Shown one piece after another: positions 1-10,500 of a stretch of DNA of 64,000 nucleotides. The stretch lies in contig OZ365119.1 in the NCBI GenBank assembly GCA_977030845.1, forward strand, positions 8,122,001-8,186,000, written 5' to 3'. Within the stretch, counting starts at the first letter, position 1. Every line of letters starts with the position of its first letter. Source of the DNA: Fimbriosthenelais zetlandica. Lineage: Eukaryota. The translations under genes and the position numbers were made by a program. The notes below the pieces were generated by a model. The model ran no database searches, was not told where the DNA came from, and was given only the letters and a program-made list of their open reading frames with translations.

Positions 1-1252
1 CAACACCCTGGAGGATCCCAGATCTACAATCTACCACCCCTCGTATTATCGGAGGGGAAAAGGGCCCGGAGTCTATACTCTAATCAGAGGAGCAAGGACG
101 GGACAAGAAGGAGTGAAAAGTAGCTTTACTCCAATGCGGAAGGATATTATATAACCTACCATATATCACTCACCATATATCACTCACGGTATATCACTCG
201 GTATATATGGGATTGAGGAGATAGACAAAGGGGGAGTGAATGGAGGGTGGAGTGTGGGAGCCAGACCAATATGGGTGCTGGTGTATCCCTAGTTACACCA
301 TGGAGGAAAAGTGGTAACCAAGGAGAATATTGGTTCCCTTGACGACCGTCACAATGGCCATATGTGTCTCCACCCTCCTCACTGACTGGCTGCCAGACAT
401 TGGGATGGGACAGGGATAGATGGAGGATGAGGAGAGGAAAATGGGACAGAAATCTCAAGGTGGGTCTGAGAAATCTATTTATAGTTGAACCGATCGAATA
501 CAATACCCAATACAAAGTATGTGATCAATTCGATGGTTTAATTCGATGATAATGTATGTCTCATGTAAATTAAGATTGATGTGCTGTAGGCCTACCTTCC
601 AGTCTGGAGCCCATTTTTTGAAAATCAACTAAAAGGAGACTAAGGTAGAAAGAGAAGGGCGTAACTGGGGAAAAAATGACATCAGAAGCAAAAAAAGTGA
701 AATATATTATTTTTATTAATGGATATTATATAATGGTATGTACAATATCTGAGTTATTTTTGGTATGTACATATAGATTCCCACTAGTCCAAGAAACTGG
801 CTGATCGATTTGAATACGAGGTAAAAGGTAAAATAATATACATGCCCCTACCTTTCGTCATCATTATCATAATTGTATAACGCCGTTATGACCAGTAAAT
901 ACAATCATTATTTCACATTCAATATTACACTTCAATATTACAACATGTCGATATTAAACTTCAAATTTATATTCTATAAACACAAAAATATAATGTCTGG
1001 CTTAGTCTGGCATTTGAGAACATCCATGTAATACTATATGAGGGTCACTTTGGATAGAGTAAATTATAATAGTCGCGAGTGAAATCTGTACAAACTATAT
1101 ATATATATATCATCCCAAATTAACTTCCTTCATCTTCCTTCAAACCATCTTCCAGAGTTTATAATATTACCTATAGGATCGTTCCGATTAGGAATATATT
1201 CATCTTGGGTTTCCACTGTAAGCTCCTGACAGTTTTCTCTGTTTGCTCTATG

Positions 1253-1328
1253 ATTTTACGACATTGACGATCATTTTACGACATTGACGGCCATTTTACG
1301 ACATTGACGACCATTTTGCGACATTGAT
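1253..1328. repeat. 20-bp tandem repeat (ATTTTACGACATTGACGACC-like), ~4 copies, in the 3' UTR of the EGF-IPT gene
   Basis: Read directly; 1-2 substitutions per copy. Confidence 0.9.
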
Positions 1329-1342
1329 TACTGACGTCACAA

Positions 1343-1516
1343 TCACGAGCACTTCCGGGATATACAGATGCTTATCGCAATGATAATGATGACACCCAAC
1401 GCTATGGCGCCTCCAATGATTCCCCATTTGGCCGCTGGGTCGTCCCAGAATGACTTGCGAATATCGTAATCCATTTTTCCGACCTCAAAAGTCAGCTCCC
1501 ACGTTCCGATGAGGAC
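1343..1516 (-). CDS. Terminal exon: IPT3 last strands, TM helix, tail SRKCS*
   Basis: TTGTCGCAG acceptor; VLIG...VGKMDY; ~22-aa hydrophobic helix; TGA at 1343-1345. Confidence 0.9.
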   Translation of the reverse strand, partial: VLIGTWELTFEVGKMDYDIRKSFWDDPAAKWGIIGGAIALGVIIIIAISICISRKCS

Positions 1517-4500
1517 CTGCGACAAGTACACAAACACATGAGCGATTTCAGGTCCATTTACTATCTACAACTGTGAATGGCTGTTGCATATGTCTGTTCA
1601 GATTTCATTTAGACATCTCTGTTTGCCCATCTCATTGTCTGAGCTATGATTTGAGGAGCGAGAATACCATGAATTTATCATAATTGAAGCTATGTTGTCA
1701 TTGTACATTAATTAAAGCACTCACCCTGACTGAGTATTTATCTCCCCGGTCGTGGTCAGGACTGAGTTGAGGGACCTCTAGCGGTGCCTGACAGATGAGT
1801 CGGTCAGTGAATAACTGGATGTCTTCACACTCACTCAGTCCTATAGCCACCTTATAGTCCGTCACTGATATACCCACGTCCAGATGTTCACCCTGAAATC
1901 ACACATCAAACCACTGAAATCACACATCAAACCACTGAAATCACACATCAAACCACTGAAATCACACATCAAACCACTGAAATCACACATCAAACCACTG
2001 AAATCACACATCAAACCACTGAAATCACACATCAAACCACTGAAATCACACATCAAACCACTGAAATCACACAACAAACCACTGACCAGTCTATATAACG
2101 TCTCAAGTTTAAAGTAACACATAGCCTAATAAGTATGTTGCTGTTATGGTTATAGAGGTTTTTCACGAGACGTCCCAGGCGTCAAAATGAGACGATCCGC
2201 CATTTTGGACGTATAGCACTGCACGTCTATAGGGTACATAGGGTACGTCCAAACAACATTCATGTACTTTGGAAACTTCTAGTGGGTTGTCTACTATTAT
2301 TTCTAACTTTGTAAGGCAGTTTGTTTGAACGTAGACAACGTCGTAGACGTGCATTGCTATACGTCCAAAATGGCGGATCGTCGTATTATGACGCCTGGGA
2401 CGTCTCGTGAAAAACCTCTATACCAAAGAGTAGCGCGAGAAACTGACTCTAACTCTAACCAAAGAGACATTGCACTGTGTACCTCTGGGACGAGGATTTC
2501 AGGCCCACAAAAGAACTTCCATCTTTTTGTATGGAAGTTCTGATGATGACAGCCCTGCAAATGGGAGTTGCTACTTTGAGGTAACCACGTACGCCTTACC
2601 TTCGCCTTACGTACGCCTTACCACAATACGTCTCTGGGCTGGCATTTATATGCCCAATGAAATGGTTTATAATATTATACGGCCTTTTATGTTGGCCATC
2701 CTTGTTGTGTTAAGTCTATTTGACCTGATGATGACCATCCATCCAATATCAAAGGGGAGGAGTTACTTTAAAGTAAGCATGCCTTACCTTAGCTTCAATA
2801 CGGCGGTCCTCTGGGTCACTTAACGTAATGTCCTTCTCCCACGGGTAGAATTTAGGATTGAGGAAGACATTGAGCATGCCATATTCTGGTAAAACCTCAC
2901 TCAGATTCCTGTAGCCCTGAATACCGTCCAGCTTCAAACCGAGGAAGAACTCCAGCTCCTCGTTGTTGACCATAAGTGAGCCCACTTTTGTCGGTTCATT
3001 CCCAGCCTGCCGCTTCTTTCTCAGGGCCAGAATGTTGTCCATGCCAGAGAGGAGTTTTGTCATCATGTGGTTGATCTTACGGTGGACCAGGTTCGCTGGC
3101 TCTCTCTGGGTCTCCATGAGGCTTCTCTTTCTGCGGGATTGAGTGGGACTATTATTCCCCGGATTATTCCCCCCTTGACTGGTACTAAAGCCCGGATTAA
3201 TCCCTGGATTATTTATACCAGGGACGTTGATGTTGCCCTCCTCGTCCAGTAAGGTTATGTCAGGTGTGGGACAGTACATCCTGTCATAGAAAACATCCCG
3301 GCAAACCTGTATTCACAAAAAAATCCATTTGGCTTAATTGTTTTTGCTCATTGAAACAATGTATTATAGTAAACAAGAGTAAATATTTAATGAAACACCC
3401 AATATGGTCCATATGGTTTTTAAATACTGCTGTTATATCTGCACAAGGTGAAGGTGTATAATCCTATTTGAGTGGGAAGAGCGCTGCCTATGGGACTGCC
3501 CTTGGAGGACAGGATATCCGTGGATGCTGAATGGGTTTGAAGCTGAATATATGAAATAAATGGGGACACTCACTGTTGAGAAGACTTGCAATAGATTACC
3601 ACGATAGACCATAGAAACTTCTAATTCTGGTGCAGCCACGGAGTTCAAGCTCACGCCATAGATGGTCAAAATGACACCGCCACTGTTCACAAGAAAAAGT
3701 ATTTTTTTAGTCAGATATCAGTCAGTCAGCCCCTCGCCTTCTCCCCTGTTTCGCATTGACTTCATGGGAACATTGTACTCTTTATAATTTCAGTGAAGTG
3801 TGAAGTCATGCACGATCTGACTTGTGTCGTGTCGGTATCGTTTTGTGGTCCTAATTAGAACTTGATTAATCTATAATTAACTTACCTGATAATACTGTCC
3901 AATGGTTCCACTTTGTCTACGGCAGGGTTGGGTTTGAAGAGGAAAGTTTGGTCCAGGATAATCGTTATATTGTGTTCGTCCCAATAGATCTTTATATCCT
4001 GGGGTATGGCAACCAATGAATAATTTACTGGTTGAGTTTCGCAAACTAAAACTTTATTCGAACTCAAACTGAAAAGTAAGAGCAGAAAATGTGTGATTAA
4101 ACCTACAAACAATACTACTCTCTTCTACTCTGGTTGGCTTTCCCAATCAGAAGACAAAATTGTTCTCATCCAGATCGAGATAGGAGGAACATTGTTAGCA
4201 ATTCACTCACTTAGTTTCACCCGCTGAGAATGTAAACCTACCTTTCTAAATAGTCGCATGTTTCGGTTCCTATCATAATAGACACCACCTCAGTGTAGTT
4301 AAGGTGGGTACCGTTGATGTAGATTATGGTACCGCCGGCCAGCGGTCCGTACAGTGGCCACACACTCTCTATCTGTGTCTTGAAATCTAAATTTAGAAAA
4401 AAATGTATTTCAGATTATTAGACGTCCTTTCTTATCAAATATATTTGGCACGCGACAATAAAAGCTGCCGTGGCCTACGTCAGTCTATACTATGGAGTTC

Positions 4501-7500
4501 TCGACTATCGTCTGCAGGAGTTCTGCGCCTCAGAACTCAGACTCTTGACAGTGTCTTTGTGACAGTGCTCTTCTGGCAGTTTGTGACAGTGCTCTTCTGG
4601 CAGTTTCACACCTATACTTTTTGAGATTTAGTTCCCATTTGGGCCACATTTGAGCTGATCTCTCCGACGAAACCCCTTAAATATTCCCTCATTGAAACGT
4701 CTTAAGTACACTACTATTAATATACATAATAGACAGCAGTATTGCAATAATCTCTAATGATTGTATAGTTCGAGAAACCATTGTAACCCAACAGAAGGTC
4801 TTATACAGCATCTTATAGGAAAGACCATCAAAAATGGACGTAAATGTCCCGAATAAAAGCATTGAATTGAATTGAAATTGAATTACAATATTCATCTGTT
4901 AGAAATGGAATACAATACAATGATATTGATTTACTTACTTTGACATCTTTCTCCGTAGTAACCGTTTTGACAGTCACATGAGGGCAGTTGGGAGGCACCT
5001 CTCAGAGTACATTCCCCCTTAAATAAACAGTAGTCGTCAGGGTTACCGTAGTCTTGGTTATAGTAACCGTCATCAAACCCAGTCTCTCCTCCATAATAAT
5101 AACTGTCATAGTCACTGGTACAGGTTGCTGAAAGCGAGAATGTCATAGTATATTAGTTGATTCAAAATCAATGAATTATTTTAGCGATCACCCCATGTTA
5201 GCGGATTGCATGTTTGCAGCAAGAGCTATGGTCATATCGCTTTCCTATCAGAGTATATTTGGGGCGAATTTGAAAAGGAATAGTCCAAAAGTTACATCTA
5301 CAATTGTATAAGCCTTTTTTGTCCCTAATATAATGGCTTGACAAAATATTGTTATTGGTGTCAGAAAAGGTAAGGCAGTTGGTCCTGGGTGTAAAAGGAA
5401 TCAGACCTGACAATAATAGAGGGTTGATTTCTGATCTTTTTTAAACTTGTGCCATTTTTAAAATTTGCCTCATACAAAAGAGTGAATTGCTGGTGAGATT
5501 AAAGTTAAACATGGACATACCAGTCTCACAGAAGTCGCCTCCCCATCCGGGCACACAATTACATACGATGTGAGCGGCGTTTCGCTGCTCCTGACAGACA
5601 CCGTTATTCTGACAGGGATCACTGTCACATCCAGATGTCCTCACAGTCGTCCCGTTAGGAAATCCTGAAAAATAGGTTGCTCTAGTGAGATTCTTTTGTA
5701 GATGATGGGATATATATTGTCCAGATTAGCAGGGTGGTTGTGTAAATGAGCTGCTTAAAAAGTTGTGGAAAGATGATGATTGGGGAAGGGGTGGCAAAAT
5801 TGCCATTTATAAGCGTTTGACGCTTTAATGAAATTCAAAAGTATATGATGAGAGAGAGAGAGACCATAAGTGTTTGTCGCTTTAGTGAAATTCTACAGTA
5901 TATGATGGGATTCGAAATGTCCACATTATTAGTAGTGTGGCTGAATAAGTGAGGTGGTCAATAAGTGAGGTTTAACTTGATAATGTTTTGTAAAGGTGAT
6001 GGTGGAATTGGGGGGAGTTTTCATGATTTTTCTGGCAGATTACTTTGAGGTGTGAAAGGTTGACTTACTTCGTCTTTCACAGACCTGACCTGTGACGTTC
6101 ACTGGGCACGTACATGAGAAGTCGCCGAACGTATTGTTACAGCTTCCATTGTTAAAACACCCAAACTCAGCACACTCATCAACATCTGAATATAATATAC
6201 AATGAGATCAATTAATTCTATTCAAAAGGGTTCAATAAAAGGGCAGGGTTCTGCATTGAAAATGGTTATGATTAGGCCATGATTTGGTTATGATTTGGTG
6301 ATTTGGTTATGATTTGGTCATGATTTGGTCATGATTTGGTCAGGATTGGGTCATGATTTGGTGACGATTTAGTCATGATTTGTTCATGAAAAAATGAGAA
6401 GGATATTTGTCTTACCTTCCTCACATCGGATCCCGGTATAGCCAGGGATACAATAACACTTGGCCTCCATATCTCCAAAATCGTCCTCAACGACTCTACA
6501 AGGCTGTCGTTCATTTGTACAGTTCATTGCAGCACAAAGATTTATCTCTGTAACACCAATTATTAACACTTATGAACTTGCTGAATGTTTCTCCAAAATA
6601 TTGAAATAGTGGATTGGTCCTATGACTATTGTGATATAGTTTTTCCATGAGCTTTTATTGATGAATCTGTTGATTTTACTTACTTGTACAGTTTTGGCCT
6701 TCCCAGGGATAGCCGCACTCACAGAAATGAGTGCCATCGTCTCTGGCGTAGCACGACCCTCCGTTCTTACATGGCATCTCCCTCTCACAGACACCTGTAA
6801 GATGTACCAATTAATATATCATATTTTATATCGCCATCACCTCCGAATAACATTAGGCTTCCATCCATTCTCCCCTATATTCATGGAGAATGGAATCCTG
6901 TTCTCCATGAGCTACAGTGTCAAAGGCCTTATCGTCCTCCACCGGTGTCTTTTTCTTGCGGCATATGCATCACATTTGTCGTAAAGGAAATCGCAATAGT
7001 GGAGGAGAGCCTTAACCGTGATAGCTACAGCAGCATCAGGTCAATAATTAGATTATAATCAATGATTTCATTATGGGTTACTCACCTATACCGCAGTCAA
7101 TCCCGGTGTATCCCTCAAAGCATACACACTGCCCATTGTTGTCATTACAAAAACCAAAATCACATTCTATCGTCCCCTGAGCACAATCCAAACCTGCGTG
7201 TCACAGAAATAAAGATATAGGCAATGTCTTTTGACGCACCTGTGTCAATAAGAATAACATAATATTACCTTTAATAAGATAAATCAAAATATAATTTATT
7301 TTAAATCATTAGTTACCTTCAGTAGTATTTCCAGTCGCTGTCCCAACAAAAATCTACAATAATAAATTAAATTGATGTTGAAAAGAAATAAAACTAATTT
7401 GGCAACATTTTCTATATAATTATGTGTATGACAGTTGGCATACCATTGCATAATTATGCTTGCCATAGTTCACTGCGCATGTATATGTCACGGCCCCAAT

Positions 7501-10500
7501 CGAAATCCGGCCCAGTTTTGAATTGGTCCGGCCCAGATCCAAATTGTGATCCAGGCCGGCCTGGATCACAATTCTGATCTGGGCTGGACCAATTCAAAAT
7601 TGGTCTAGCCCCAATCCAAATTGTGATCCAGGCCGGCCTGGATCACAATTCTGATTGGGGCTGGACCAATTCAAAACTGGGCCGGATTGGAACATAAGAT
7701 TTTAATCTGGGCCAGCCCAAATCCTAATCGTAACATCTTGGCCCAGATCAAAATCCTAGTTCAAATATTCCAGTGACACTTAACAGATACAGTACATAAT
7801 GTAACAATTATTGATTTTTGAGATTCTATTAATTTTATTAAAGATATTGAGGCAAAGTCTACCATACATAGACGGTATACATGCCATACATAAATATCCA
7901 TTAAAGGGACCACATTAAATAATAATAAACAATTAAATAATTACACGTTTACTACATATTACATTGGAATGCAAAAAATGAATACCAAAATAAAAATTTC
8001 ATAATAATAAACAATTGAAAAAATTATCTATCACTCACAATTAGACATAAATAATAAAAGATAACTAAATTAGACCTAAGGTAGACCTGCGGTATAGGCA
8101 TAAATACATAAATAAAAAGTAAGTGGAGCACAGTTTCTGAATAATAAACAATATAAATACAATAAAGATTTAATGAAATGTTCATAATAAAAAACGATTA
8201 CAAAAATACCAGAAATATTCAGCTGTTAAATTACAGAAAATATTAATAAATTACCAAATATTTTAAAACACATTTTGGCATGCATTGGTGTTAGGGTGGC
8301 ACTTCGGAGAGCATTTCAATCCTGCTTTCTTACAGCAACATTTGTTGCTAATACAACTGCCACGGTTTGGTATCTTTCTAATGAGATGAACTGGTGCAGA
8401 AATAGTGGTAACTGGAACATGGATTATTTTGGATATTCTGATGGCATCACAAAATATGTATTTTGATTGGGGCTGGACCAATTTTGAATTGGTCCAGCCC
8501 AGATCAGAATTGTGATCTGGGCCGGCCTGGATCACAATTTGGATTGGGGCTGGACCAATTCAAAATTCGCGACGCGAATACACAAACATCAGGGGAAACT
8601 ACCATCAACCAAGTGTGGACTCAAAAAGTAAATGTTTGCCTTTTTAAATTCAAACGGACTAAACAACTACTGTATTTATTACCCCTAATACCTACTCGAG
8701 TTAACAAAAATAGTTTGGTATCTTTCTAATGAGATGAACTGGTGCAGAAATAGTGGTAACTGGAACATGGATTATTTTGGATATTCTGATCGCATCACAA
8801 AATATGTTGTTAAGAATATAATAATCAATAACTTAGAAGGAGACTCTTAGACGAAACATCAACCTCCTGCTTATAAAAGCTAAGGCAGTTTGGCGTAAAT
8901 AAAATTAATTCTCATTTAAGATCATCCATTTATCCAGCATAAAGAACCACATTGCCATTTAAAATTTTCATATTTTCTTCCCCCCCCCCCCCCCCGGGGG
9001 CGTTAATTTTTTTAACACCTCCCGAGGTTACTAAGTGATTGGGTATTAGGCCTATATTTTAGTGCGACCCTTCCCTATAGTCTATACTATCCTTAAATAA
9101 CACTTTTAGCGCGACCTTTTTTATGGAATAGGCCGTAGCTAAAGATTGAAGAGTGACGCGACGACATTCACACTCTATTGTTATAATTATAGTATCAAGC
9201 TTGTGGATTTCATTAAGTCATAATTACAATAATAACACTCTCAATCAACGCCCCTCACACATTCCCTCCGCCCCTCCTCCCCTCATTCCTCACCTCTCCA
9301 CACCATTAAAAGTAATACCATCTTAACTAGGATTTTGATCTGGGCCAAGATGTTACGATTAGGATTTGGGCTGGACCAGATTAAAATCCAACCCGTCCTT
9401 CCGGCCCAGTTTTGAATTGGTCCAGCCCCAATCAAAATCCTTTCATGATTTTAATCCAGGCCGGCCTGGATCACAATTTTGATTGGGGCTGGACCAATTT
9501 TGAATTGGTCCAGCCCAGATCAGAATTGTGATCCAGGCCGGCCTGGATCACAATTTGGATCTGGGCCGGACCAATTCAAAACTGGGCCGGATTTCGATTG
9601 GGGCCGTGACATATACATACATACACAATTAAGTTAACATTTTAATGTCAGGTTGGAACTTGCCAGATCCTGCTGTTTCGTGGGAAGCAATGGATTAGTG
9701 TTTTTTGTGCGATTCTAAGATAGGCTTTAAATATTCCCTTATCTAGTTAACTCTGTATCCTAATTCCCAGACATGAAACTCGGCCTAAAATCTTAATAAA
9801 TCTACCTTATCGAGTAGAAATCTTCTGTGGAAGAAACCATTGTCATTTGTGTAATTTGGGAAGTCATTTTGCATGTAATTTGGCATTTGATTCGTCTTGG
9901 TCGTGGGAGACATATGACAGTTGTACTTCAGTATATATACCTGCACCCAGTAACTGTATGATCACTGAATGTTCATGGTTCGTTGAGGGACATTCGGAGC
10001 ATGTCCACAGACCTTAATTCCCCCACAGGACCTATTTCTCACAAATCTCAGATCTAGGTTACTTTCCGGACTATTTTCTCTTGAATTGGGTCAATATTTA
10101 GTGAGACCTCGAGTAATTTATAGTGGAATAGAGGCCCTTTAGGCATGTGTATTCCATACTCCCTTTGATCTTAGAATTCTAACCTTTGATCTATACTTTT
10201 AACATGTATGTCCCACAAGGACAACATGTTTTAAACAAGTTTCTCCCCTGAATTTCTTTTATTCTGTAACGTTTATAATTCCCTCATTATCAGAATTCTC
10301 CCACTGGCACCCATAGCACTATTCCAATGGAAATTCTGATTGACAAACTGTTCCGTTAACTAATACACAAACCATGGTATACCTTTTGATACGTAAAAGA
10401 ACTTTAGTCATTGTTTTTTTGTGGCCATATGTGATCCGGTTGTGAATTGGAACAAAAGATAATTTGATGGGAGCTTTCGGCTTGCAGGTATAGTATCTTT

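Noticed and set aside
1893-2081. CRISPR-like appearance of the tandem and palindromic arrays here and at 7486-7761 and 32697-32957
   Set aside because: No unique spacers, no cas genes, and the context is eukaryotic with spliced genes.
1862-2122. ORFs with LKSHIKP or CDFSGLM repeats
   Set aside because: Products of the intronic 21-bp minisatellite. The exon frame of the gene has a stop in each unit.
2357-2560. Exon-like unit after TTTGCAG (GCHHQNFHTKRWKFF...) as the next exon of the IPT gene
   Set aside because: It has no IPT similarity, while exon 1725-1892 supplies the expected sequence in the correct phase.
3280-3282. Alternative acceptor GACAG|GATG at the ORF-track start of the large IPT exon
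   Set aside because: Phase mismatch with the upstream exon. The acceptor at 3307-3308 restores frame and the expected Cys.
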